A DNA stretch of 64,000 bases from Candidatus Bathyarchaeota archaeon (lineage in GTDB: Archaea > Thermoproteota > Bathyarchaeia > Bathyarchaeales > Bathycorpusculaceae): contig CAVRZF010000013.1 of assembly GCA_963725715.1 (NCBI GenBank), positions 24,586 to 88,585 on the forward strand, written 5' to 3'. The position numbers were made by a program, and so were the translations under genes. Positions 1-8,503 of the stretch are shown one piece after another. Numbering within the stretch: the stretch's first letter is position 1; each line of letters starts with the position of its first letter. The notes under the pieces were generated by a model, which had not been told where the DNA came from, did not search any database, and saw nothing but the letters and a program-made list of their open reading frames with translations.

Positions 1-1
1 C

Positions 2-535
2 GGTAACCCCTTAGAAAAAGTTGGCCGCGAACAGGTTAAACAAAAATACGAAGGCGTTGTAGACGAGGAACTTGGATATGTTATTGCAGTTACAAGTATA
101 GAAGTAAGTCCAATTGGCAAAATTATTCCAGGCGACGGAGCAACCTACCACAAAGTCTCCTTTTCATTATTAACTTTCTACCCAATCATCCAGGAAATCG
201 TGGAGGGAGACGTGGTTGAAATCGCAGACTTCGGCGCCTTCGTCCGCATCGGACCAGTAGATGCACTGCTTCACGTTTCTCAACTTATGGATGACTACAT
301 TTCTTACGACGAGAAACAGGGAGTCCTGCTCGGAAAAGAAACTAAACGCAGGCTAACAGCAGGCGACCAAGTGCGCGTTAGAATAACCGCGGTTTCACTA
401 GGGAGAGCAGGAAGCTCAGGAAAAATCGGCGTCACAGCAAGACAACCCTTCCTAGGCAAGCTCGAATGGCTAAAAGAGGCAGCTGAAGTAACTGTCTCTG
501 AAAAGAAACCTGCAGAAGCCAAAGAAAAATCATAG
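2..535 (+). CDS. rpoE1: DNA-directed RNA polymerase subunit E' (Rpo7), 5'-truncated by window edge
   Basis: Frame is open from base 2 (GNPLEKVGREQ...GKIIPGDGATYH), followed by the S1 domain FGAFVRIGPVDALLHVSQ; precedes spt4. Confidence 0.95.
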   Translation, partial: GNPLEKVGREQVKQKYEGVVDEELGYVIAVTSIEVSPIGKIIPGDGATYHKVSFSLLTFYPIIQEIVEGDVVEIADFGAFVRIGPVDALLHVSQLMDDYISYDEKQGVLLGKETKRRLTAGDQVRVRITAVSLGRAGSSGKIGVTARQPFLGKLEWLKEAAEVTVSEKKPAEAKEKS

Positions 536-556
536 TAAACGGAGTGAAAATTGACA

Positions 557-742
557 ATGAGTGAAAAAGCATGCACTAACTGCCATTTTATTACCAAAGA
601 GAACATTTGTCCAAAATGCAAGCAAACAAGTTTTAGCGAAGATTTCAGTGGCCTAGTTGTAATGTTTGACCCAGAGAACTCAGCTATCGCTAAAGCTATG
701 AACATTAAAGAAAAAGGCAGATACGCGCTAAAAGTACGCTAG
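557..742 (+). CDS. spt4: Transcription elongation factor Spt4 (RpoE'')
   Basis: KACTNC...CPKC zinc ribbon and the SAIAK...GRYALKVR ending; canonical position after rpoE'. Confidence 0.93.
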   Translation: MSEKACTNCHFITKENICPKCKQTSFSEDFSGLVVMFDPENSAIAKAMNIKEKGRYALKVR

Positions 743-808
743 GTTTTTAGGCATAGCGGTTAACTTCACTAGCGACCCTTCAAATCAAGGGATTGAAAGG
801 TTTACACA

Positions 809-1357
809 ATGACCGTAGTCTACACTTTAACGCCTGAGTTAAGAACTAAACTTAAAGAACCATTTGGCACTCTAATTCAAGGCACGTTCCAAGAAACAAT
901 GCAGAAAATGAAAGAGCTTGTAGAAAATGAGAACCCAAGCATGTTAATTTCAGTGGGCGACGTAGTTTCAAAAAACCTTCATGAGTGCAGTGTTCACCCA
1001 CGACTAACTGTTGTTGATTATAAATCGCTTAGAAACCAAGCCATGCCACAAGAGGAACCTGTTGAAAAAACCGTTTACGTAAGTAATCCTCAGGGAACAA
1101 TCACACAGCAAGCCATTTCAGCAATAAAATCAGCCTTGAAAAAAAAAGAGCATACCCACGTTGTTGTTGAGGGCGAAGAGGATTTACTTACGCTGATAGC
1201 GGTTATGTACGCTCCTGACAACTCATTTGTTGTTTATGGACAGCCGCACATAGGCATAGTGGTGGTTAAAGTGTCGCCGCAGAGAAAAGAACGGGTTAAA
1301 AAACTCTTAAAAAGCATGAAAAGTTTCGAAAAGCTAAATAAGGCGAAAACTGTTTGA
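809..1357 (+). CDS. GTP-dependent dephospho-CoA kinase (DUF359 family)
   Basis: LKEPFG, SVGDVVS, NPQGTIT, VEGEEDLL and YGQP motifs; conserved rpoE-spt4-DUF359-S24e-S27ae order. Confidence 0.88.
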   Translation: MTVVYTLTPELRTKLKEPFGTLIQGTFQETMQKMKELVENENPSMLISVGDVVSKNLHECSVHPRLTVVDYKSLRNQAMPQEEPVEKTVYVSNPQGTITQQAISAIKSALKKKEHTHVVVEGEEDLLTLIAVMYAPDNSFVVYGQPHIGIVVVKVSPQRKERVKKLLKSMKSFEKLNKAKTV

Positions 1358-1381
1358 ACTGTACGCCTTAAGTGAATATTA

Positions 1382-1693
1382 ATGCAAATCAAAATAGAAA
1401 AAACCACGAACAACCCACTTCTGAAACGTAAAGAAGTAGGCTTTACAATTATTTCGGGTCCAAAAGAGAAAACTCCCCAAAGGCTTGAAGTAAAAAAAGC
1501 CGTAGCCATCGAAATGAAAATTGGCGACGACGTAGTTTTCATTAAACGAATGCACACTAAAACAGGAACAAGCATCACACAGGGAGAAGCGAACGTTTAC
1601 CAAAACGTTCAACAGGCTAAACTAGTTGAGCCTGAATACATTAGGAAACGCAACAGCCCACCAGAAAAACCAAAAGAAGAGGCTAAAGCATAA
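1382..1693 (+). CDS. rps24e: 30S ribosomal protein S24e
   Basis: NPLLKRKEV and TPQRLEVK motifs; gene order. Confidence 0.92.
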   Translation: MQIKIEKTTNNPLLKRKEVGFTIISGPKEKTPQRLEVKKAVAIEMKIGDDVVFIKRMHTKTGTSITQGEANVYQNVQQAKLVEPEYIRKRNSPPEKPKEEAKA

Positions 1694-1977
1694 TGTCCAA
1701 GAAACCACCAGTAGCAAAGAAAGAAGAACCACCCGCGGCAGCTGCACCAGCAGCGGCGGCAGAAACAGCAGCGCCAGCAAAGAAAGCTGAAAAGGGCAAA
1801 AAAGAAAAGAAACACAAAGAGGAGAAAGGAGTGCACGCCATGTACAAGGTTGAAGGGGATAAAGTTTCTAGGGCACGTCCAACATGTGAGCGTTGTGGAC
1901 CTGGCTACTTTATGGCAGATCACCATGATAGGTACACTTGCGGTCACTGCGGCTTTACAAGGTATAAGCAGAAATAA
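1693..1977 (+). CDS. rps27ae: 30S ribosomal protein S27ae (eS31) with low-complexity N-terminal extension
   Basis: CERCGPGYFMADHHDRYTCGHCG zinc finger. Confidence 0.93.
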   Translation: MSKKPPVAKKEEPPAAAAPAAAAETAAPAKKAEKGKKEKKHKEEKGVHAMYKVEGDKVSRARPTCERCGPGYFMADHHDRYTCGHCGFTRYKQK

Positions 1978-2023
1978 ACAGTTTTAAATTCCTGCTTGCA
2001 TGTTTAGGTTCTGATGACCAGTA

Positions 2024-2452
2024 ATGCTTAGGGTAAACGTGGTATTAACCAGCATTTCAGCAGAACGCTTCTGGGATATAAGAAAGCCCATTCCGCCCAT
2101 TCAAATTAACACTAACATTAACATCGTCGGCATGGAGAAGAAGCAGGATGAATCTTTGGAAGTGCCGTTTGTTTTATCAATCGGATTCAATCCTTCCATT
2201 GCTCAAATGAGCATTAAAGGTACAGCTTATGTCACAGGCGAGAAAGGCGAAACTGACAAAGCCCTAAAAGACTATGAGCAGAAAAAACCGCCGGCACAAA
2301 TAATTATCCAATCAATATCAAATGTTGTCTTCGTCGAATCAGTCCTAATATCGAGAATACTTAACATTCCACCGGCAATTCCGTTGCCACAGATTCCTGA
2401 AACTGGAAAACAGCCAAGCTCCAAACCTGAAGGCAGAGACTACAGCGCTTAA
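2024..2452 (+). CDS. Conserved archaeal hypothetical protein (possible SecB-like beta-sheet/helix fold)
   Basis: 142-aa ORF with alternating beta-strand pattern, then a helix and a Pro-rich PPAIPLP tail; the fold is inference only. Confidence 0.65.
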   Translation: MLRVNVVLTSISAERFWDIRKPIPPIQINTNINIVGMEKKQDESLEVPFVLSIGFNPSIAQMSIKGTAYVTGEKGETDKALKDYEQKKPPAQIIIQSISNVVFVESVLISRILNIPPAIPLPQIPETGKQPSSKPEGRDYSA

Positions 2453-2791
2453 CCTGCAAACGTTGGCACAATTGCAGACAAACGAGTTGACTTGCCGACA
2501 GATATGTTGTCAAGTTTGCCTTTATAAGTTTTCAATTAACATTTAAGTGTCGATAGTCGGGAACGAATAAAATTTATTTTATTAATATGATGTTCGGGAC
2601 GATTTGGGATGGTTTGCGATTATTTGCGATCGTTGTTGCAGACGAATCAAGCTTTAATTCAAAAAAGCAACCCAAAACAACCTTATCACTGCCACACAGA
2701 AGAAAAATCTATTTAACATAAAAGAGAAGAAAAGACCAAGAAGGGATACAAACAGCCAAAGTGTTGTAAATTATGTGTTGACGATAACCTT

Positions 2792-4291
2792 CTAAAGAAA
2801 CCCCTTAAACTTCCGCGCCACAGCATCAACGATTCTTAGCTCAATTGGGAATGCAAAGTTTCTGTTTTTCCACCTGTATCTTTCAATTTTGTTTATTACG
2901 GTATAAGCAAACTTGTAAGTTAAGTCGCGTTCTCTAATTCTTGATTGAGGATAAAATGCTAAGCGGGTGACAGCTGAAATAGTATGCAGCTTTTCGACTT
3001 GCTCTTTGCTGTGCCATGGCGGGTCAAAATGGAAAACATGGATGCTGCCCCACTCTTCAAGCGATTGTGGCGCCTTGAACTCTTGTGGGAGATAACCCAT
3101 GACGGGACTTGGAAACGGCGTGTAAACAAAGATACCGTAATGCTGCGTTTTAGGGTTCACTTTACTCATTTTATCCATTAAATCAAAAGTTTGGTTCAAA
3201 TCTTCGTCGGTTTCGCCTGGAAGCCCACTCATCCATGAAACAAAGGGCTCAATGGAGGGTGCCCAGCAGCCAAGGTTCTCAACCGACTTAAGCATTTGCT
3301 CGGCCGTAACGTCCTTACAGATTAGTTCTTGAAGGCGCGGACTACCTGATTCTCCGCCAAAATCCAGTTCCGTGCATCCAGATCGCTCCAGAAGTTGCAG
3401 GAATTCTTTATCGTATGTTGACAGATAATCGAATCTGCAGTTTGCACGCCATTGAATATCAAGTTTACGTTCAAGAAGACCCAGACATATTTCTTCAACC
3501 CGTTTTCTGTCAACAAAAACGTTGTCGTCGATTGGATCTATGATTTTTGTATCTGGAAACATGTCAAGTATGTATTGGATTTCTTCAAGGACTCGTTTGG
3601 AGCTCTTTGCTCGCCACTTGTTATTGTTAAAATTCGTGTTGTAGCAGAAACCACATCGGTGGGGGCAGCCTCGGCTTGTTTGAATATGAAAACGACCTGA
3701 TTTTATTGATGGGTACTTGTCCATTTGAAGTAATTCATAGGGCAAAGCGATGGCCAAGGCGTCTAAATCTATCACTTGTCCTGGAGGATTGCTTTTGATT
3801 GAGCCTTTCAGGCTGTAAGTTATTCCTGCTACGTCATCGAGCGGTTGCTTCTCGGCAAGAGCATTAGCTAGATCTTTTATGATTAATTCGCCTTCTCCTC
3901 GAACCACAATGTCAACATAATCGTTACTTGCTGTCTGCTCAGGCAACAACGTCGGGTGAACGCCGCCCCAAACAATCGGAGTAAAAGGATTCCCCAAACG
4001 TACATGTCGAGCAAACTCCAAGGCATACTTAATTTGCAAGCCACTCATGCAACTGATACCGACAAAAAGGGGACTACCGACCTCAAAATCCCTGAAATCT
4101 TTAAGCCGCATGTCCAAAATGCGAACGGTAAACCCCTCTTCCTGCAAGGAAGAAGCTAAATACAAAAGAGCCAAGGGCACCTGAGGATCAGGCGCACGAA
4201 ACTTTCCTGGAAAAACAAGCAAAACATACCTTCTGTTGTTACCGGTGTATGCGTTGCAAAAATGGGGTAAACATGTATGTGGACTGAACAA
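2792..4291 (-). CDS. B12-binding radical SAM protein (class B methyltransferase-like)
   Basis: PLALLYLAS, VWGGVHPT, VVRGEGE and TSRGCPHRCGFC (CxxxCxxC); true start uncertain. Confidence 0.88.
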   Translation of the reverse strand: MFSPHTCLPHFCNAYTGNNRRYVLLVFPGKFRAPDPQVPLALLYLASSLQEEGFTVRILDMRLKDFRDFEVGSPLFVGISCMSGLQIKYALEFARHVRLGNPFTPIVWGGVHPTLLPEQTASNDYVDIVVRGEGELIIKDLANALAEKQPLDDVAGITYSLKGSIKSNPPGQVIDLDALAIALPYELLQMDKYPSIKSGRFHIQTSRGCPHRCGFCYNTNFNNNKWRAKSSKRVLEEIQYILDMFPDTKIIDPIDDNVFVDRKRVEEICLGLLERKLDIQWRANCRFDYLSTYDKEFLQLLERSGCTELDFGGESGSPRLQELICKDVTAEQMLKSVENLGCWAPSIEPFVSWMSGLPGETDEDLNQTFDLMDKMSKVNPKTQHYGIFVYTPFPSPVMGYLPQEFKAPQSLEEWGSIHVFHFDPPWHSKEQVEKLHTISAVTRLAFYPQSRIRERDLTYKFAYTVINKIERYRWKNRNFAFPIELRIVDAVARKFKGFL

Positions 4292-4547
4292 TCCGAAAAA
4301 GCCTCATTAATAGACTAGGCGGATTTGCTTTTAATACTTCCTCTAATTTCTATCATAGGAAAATGTTGTATACGAAAGCATCAACAAAACACAGAAAGAA
4401 TTTAGCCTTCGCCCCCAGTAGAAGAGAAGGGGCTATACTACTTGTCGATTGATTCATCAACAAAAGAAAAGACTTTTGCATCGTGATGTGACTTGAAGTT
4501 TACACTACCGAAATTAATAAAACTTAAAATTAAAAGCAAAAAAATGC

Positions 4548-4952
4548 TTACTTCAGCGGCACGTACATTGACGAGCGTGATGCGCCGATACCTGGAGTTC
4601 CATGTCTAACAGGCTTGTTAGTTATGGCGAATTCGCCAAGGTAATGCCCAATCATTTCTGGTTTAATGTCGACTGCGACGAATTCTTTGCCGTTGTGGAT
4701 TTGGATTTTTACGCCAACCATTTCTGGCAGTATGATTAGGTCTCTTACATGAGTTTTGAGGCTGACTTCTTTTCCTTGTTTTTGGGCTTCTCTGGCTTCA
4801 CGCAGCTTCTCTAGCAGTATACGTTGTTCTGGTGTTAGACCACGTTGTAGGCTTCTTCTTTGGCGTGATGGAAGCAGGTTTATGAATTCATCCATGGACA
4901 TGCCTTCTAAACTGTTGAGGCTATGTCCGCGGTAACTAAATTCTTTGGGCAT
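4548..4952 (-). CDS. rps19: 30S ribosomal protein S19
   Basis: [15 protein letters not shown] and [10 protein letters not shown] motifs. Confidence 0.96.
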   Translation of the reverse strand: MPKEFSYRGHSLNSLEGMSMDEFINLLPSRQRRSLQRGLTPEQRILLEKLREAREAQKQGKEVSLKTHVRDLIILPEMVGVKIQIHNGKEFVAVDIKPEMIGHYLGEFAITNKPVRHGTPGIGASRSSMYVPLK

Positions 4953-5006
4953 TTTTCATCTCATCCTTAAACCATTTCTTGGTGCTATATACTTTCTCCT
5001 TGTTTC

Positions 5007-5747
5007 CTAGCGTATTGCGCGTTTCTTTTTCTGTCCTGGACCTCTTGCTGCGATTAAACCGACTTTCTGTCCTGGTGGAGCTCCGTGTGAGGTTGTTGTA
5101 CATCTGCGAGAGCTTCGTTTGCTGCTACCATAGGGGTGCACTGCTGGAACCATTTTGCGTCCGCTAGTTCTTGGATACTTGTGACCTTTAGCTTTCATAA
5201 GGTGGAATTTCTCGCCTGCTTTTAGGAAGGGTTTCTCGATTCTTCCAGCCGCTGAAACTACACCGACTGTTGTTAAGCAGTAATCGTCAACGTATCTTGT
5301 TCGTCCTGATGGCAAGCGTATCATGGTGCCTTGCGGGGTGTGACCGACCACCGTAGCATATGCGCCTGATGACTTGGCCATTTTTCCACCGTCGCCTGGG
5401 CGTAGCTCTAAGTCGCAAACTAGGGTTCCTTCAGGTACTTTGCCCAAAGGAAGAATGTTGCCTATTTCGGCAGGAGCTTTTCCGCCATAGCTGATTTGCT
5501 GACCTGTAAAAATGCCTTCAGGGGTAACTGTGTAGAATGATAAACCGTTGCTGAATTTAACTAGTGCCAGTGGAGCGCCTCGGCCTGGGTCATGCATAAG
5601 TGCTTCCACTGTTCCTGTTAAGGAAGCGTCAAAGGATTCTTTGGGTGCTATTGCTGGATACTTGGCTGGAGCAACACGTTTGTGAGTTGAAGCTCGCCAG
5701 TTCTGCCCGCCGCGACCGCGTCTCTGTACACGAATTCGTTTTCCCAT
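5007..5747 (-). CDS. rpl2: 50S ribosomal protein L2
   Basis: MGKRIRVQRRGRG, HDPGRGAPLA and GAPPGQKVGLIAAR motifs. Confidence 0.96.
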   Translation of the reverse strand: MGKRIRVQRRGRGGQNWRASTHKRVAPAKYPAIAPKESFDASLTGTVEALMHDPGRGAPLALVKFSNGLSFYTVTPEGIFTGQQISYGGKAPAEIGNILPLGKVPEGTLVCDLELRPGDGGKMAKSSGAYATVVGHTPQGTMIRLPSGRTRYVDDYCLTTVGVVSAAGRIEKPFLKAGEKFHLMKAKGHKYPRTSGRKMVPAVHPYGSSKRSSRRCTTTSHGAPPGQKVGLIAARGPGQKKKRAIR

Positions 5748-5767
5748 AAGTCATGCCTTCTATAATT

Positions 5768-6028
5768 TTACAATATTCCTAGTTTAATTGCAACATCTGA
5801 AGCTCGGAACTCTGGAGTTAGCTTTACGAAAGCTTTTTTGACGCCTTGGGGAGTAACAAGCAGGTTTACTTTCTTGACTTTTACCTCGTAGAGTTCTTCA
5901 ACTGCTTTTTTAACGTCGCTTTTTCCTGCTTTCAGGTTAACGATGAATATGAGTTTGTTGTCTCGCTCAACCATTAAACTGGCAGATTCTGTCATTAACG
6001 GATAAGAAATAACTTCATTTGGATCCAT
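5768..6028 (-). CDS. rpl23: 50S ribosomal protein L23
   Basis: PLMTE and KKAFVKL motifs; position in S10-type operon. Confidence 0.95.
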   Translation of the reverse strand: MDPNEVISYPLMTESASLMVERDNKLIFIVNLKAGKSDVKKAVEELYEVKVKKVNLLVTPQGVKKAFVKLTPEFRASDVAIKLGIL

Positions 6029-6822
6029 TATGCACTTTCACCTTTACTGTAGAGTTTATCTAATTTTTCAATGGCGCCGTTTGTCCAAAGTGTTAAACGG
6101 CCTGGATGAGTTCCCGGAGCTAACATTTCAGTATTAAGATTGGCAACTGTGGTAACCTGTACGCCTGGAACGTTGCTTGCAGCGTTAACTAAGCTTTTGC
6201 CATCAACTACTACGAAGAGTGGTCCGACGGCTTGCTTCATTTTTCTGCCGCGGTGCTTGCCTTTGCCTGCGCGAACTTTTCGGCTGTCTCGTACTCGGGT
6301 AATTTCGTCTTTAACGCCTAAAGTCACCAATAGTTCCTCGACATCTTTTGCTCTGGTTAATCCTTCAACAGCGTTATCAACGATCAAAGGTATCTGAACA
6401 ACATTCTCAACTTTGTGTCCCCGGGAAGCTACTGTTTCTTTCTGTGCAGTGGCAGCAATAGCTGAGAATAATGCCAGTTTTGCTTCTTTCTTTGGGATGC
6501 TTTTGAGGATTTTCTTTTCAGCTCTTGGTGGATGAGGCTGTCTTCCTTTAACTGTGCTTGGGGCAAAAGCTGCTCTTCCACTGCCGCCTTTGATACGGGG
6601 AACTCTTGCGGTCGCGCTGCCTGTTCCTCGCGATTCTGCGGTTGTTCGTTTTCCAGCCATTGGGTCTCTTCCTTGCGGTTGGAGCCTGCTGGATTGTATA
6701 GCTAAGACTGCACGTTTGATAACGTCTGGTCTTAGAGGAGTAGAGAACACTGAGGGAAGAGAGATTTTTCCCGTTGATGCGCCTTGTAAGTCAAAAATTT
6801 CTGCTGTTTTTTGTTCTGCCAT
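6028..6822 (-). CDS. rpl4: 50S ribosomal protein L4
   Basis: RPDVIKRAV and LAPGTHPGRLTLWT motifs. Confidence 0.96.
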   Translation of the reverse strand: MAEQKTAEIFDLQGASTGKISLPSVFSTPLRPDVIKRAVLAIQSSRLQPQGRDPMAGKRTTAESRGTGSATARVPRIKGGSGRAAFAPSTVKGRQPHPPRAEKKILKSIPKKEAKLALFSAIAATAQKETVASRGHKVENVVQIPLIVDNAVEGLTRAKDVEELLVTLGVKDEITRVRDSRKVRAGKGKHRGRKMKQAVGPLFVVVDGKSLVNAASNVPGVQVTTVANLNTEMLAPGTHPGRLTLWTNGAIEKLDKLYSKGESA

Positions 6823-6836
6823 TGCTTTTCAACCTT

Positions 6837-7850
6837 TTATTTTCCTTGCGGAGACTCCAGAGATACGTATGTTACTTGTGGTGGTACTTCTGGGATTTCT
6901 GTCGGTGGACGTGCTGGAACTCGTAGACGGATTTGGCGTTTCTCTGTTCCTGGGATGCTTCCTTCGATTAGGATGTATGGTCCTTTTACTTCGCCGTATC
7001 GGATGTATCCGCCTTTAACGGTTACTTCTTTGCCGTCCTTTCCGATTTTTAAGATGCGTTTGTTAAATTCAATACGTTGGTGATAGCCCATTTGTCCTGC
7101 TCTTGGGATTGAGTACATTAAGTGGTGGGGGTTCCATGGACCTAAAGTGGCAATTCCACGTTTAGTTTTTCTGCCTTTATGTTGCAGGCAGGTGACGCCC
7201 CAACGTTTAACTGGGCCTTGGAAGCCTTTGCCGACAGTAATTCCAGCGATGTCTATGTACTGTCCGTCTTTGAAGACTTCTTCAGGAGCAACGGTCTTGC
7301 CTAAAAGCTGTTTTGCATACTCAAATTGCTGGGCGATTGTGCCTCCGCCAATTTGAACTTCACATGCTTCAGGCTTTTTCTTTGAGAGGCTTGTTTGAGA
7401 TGGCTGTGTTGCAGTTATGACTCTTATTATGTTGGTTATTGCTAGGTTGTCTTGGATTTTTTGGAGCATGGCGTCTGTGTTAAAGTTTTCAGGCAAAACC
7501 AGCAGTCGGTCAAGGATTGCCGGCGGCTCTTTCATCCATGCTTCAGTAATGTTTTCGAGCCCGTATGGTGTTTTGGTGTAAGTTCTAATGCCGCATACAA
7601 GGATTGGTGGCGTTTCTAGTATGGTTGATGCCCGCACGACTTCTTTGCCAAAGTTTGGCGAACGCTTCCGATCTTCGATTGTGAAGACGTAAGTCATGCC
7701 TGCTTTGTAGGCTGAGAAACCTAAAAGCTTTGGTGAATCTGACTTAATTTGTGGCCAATACCTGATTCGCGCTGTTGGTTTTTTAGCGCGATGCCTAGGT
7801 AAGTAAGCTAATGAACCATGTTTTGGAGCATGAGTTTTACGATGTCCCAT
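6837..7850 (-). CDS. rpl3: 50S ribosomal protein L3
   Basis: GSLAYLPR, GKGFQGPVKRWG and PRAGQMGYHQR motifs; ATG at 7850 preferred. Confidence 0.96.
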   Translation of the reverse strand: MGHRKTHAPKHGSLAYLPRHRAKKPTARIRYWPQIKSDSPKLLGFSAYKAGMTYVFTIEDRKRSPNFGKEVVRASTILETPPILVCGIRTYTKTPYGLENITEAWMKEPPAILDRLLVLPENFNTDAMLQKIQDNLAITNIIRVITATQPSQTSLSKKKPEACEVQIGGGTIAQQFEYAKQLLGKTVAPEEVFKDGQYIDIAGITVGKGFQGPVKRWGVTCLQHKGRKTKRGIATLGPWNPHHLMYSIPRAGQMGYHQRIEFNKRILKIGKDGKEVTVKGGYIRYGEVKGPYILIEGSIPGTEKRQIRLRVPARPPTEIPEVPPQVTYVSLESPQGK

Positions 7851-8023
7851 AGTCTTTCCGCTTCGCGCCTTTAGCAAATATAAAAAGGAGTTATAAACGT
7901 TACCATCAAAAACTAGAAAGCGAGCGCCCTAGCTAACTAAATGATGCTAAAGCTTTCATCTATCCAGTTAGAATCAATGTCATATGTGCCCTTATGCTTT
8001 GCGGTTAAAACTACAAGTACTTG

Positions 8024-8068
8024 CTTTTTACAATGGAATTTTGTTGTAAATATTATACCCTTTCCCCC
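8024..8068 (-). repeat. Dispersed G-tract/TTTACA repeat, copy A
   Basis: Reverse complement reads GGGGGAAAGGGTATAATATTTACAACAAAATTCCATTGTAAAAAG; 34 of 37 nt identical to 54479-54515. Confidence 0.75.
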
Positions 8069-8372
8069 TTGAAGTTCTTGTTCTTAATTGTTTATTATTT
8101 TAACTTGGGTTGTAGTTTGTTTTTGTCAGTAGAAAAAATATGTTTTTCGAGCAAAATCTAAATCAGCAATTTAAACTCTCGGACCCTCCCAGAGGCTTTC
8201 AATTTTGAATTTTTTAGTGGGTGTTTTCTTTTTTGCGGTTTGTTTCGGCTTTACGTTAGAGCATAAAAAGATACAAAAAGATTCAATATATGTTCCAAGT
8301 TACAGCAATATGGCGGGTGCTTGCATCGTCTGGAAAACTTTTTTTAAAGTGCAGGTACAACCTTGTAGTTAA

Positions 8373-8497
8373 GCCGGGGTGGCGGAGTGGTTATCGCGCC
8401 AGCCTCGAGATCTCAAACAAAGAGGGCTAAGCCAGAAAAGGCAAGATAGCTGGTGGGCTTCGTGCTCGCAGGGGTTCGAATCCCTTCCCCGGCGCCA
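8373..8497 (+). tRNA. tRNA-Ser(CGA) with 38-nt intron at 37/38 (8410-8447), CCA encoded
   Basis: Acceptor stem GCCGGGG/CCCCGGC, anticodon stem CCAGC/GCTGG around CT-CGA-G|A, long variable arm, GGTTCGAATCC T-loop, discriminator G then CCA; bulge-helix-bulge at intron ends. Confidence 0.92.
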
Positions 8498-8503
8498 ACT
8501 ATG

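Noticed and set aside
4548-7850. S10-type operon ending at rps19 (no L22/S3) as a novel feature
   Set aside because: Breaks in this operon are common in archaea, and the remainder is probably elsewhere in the genome.
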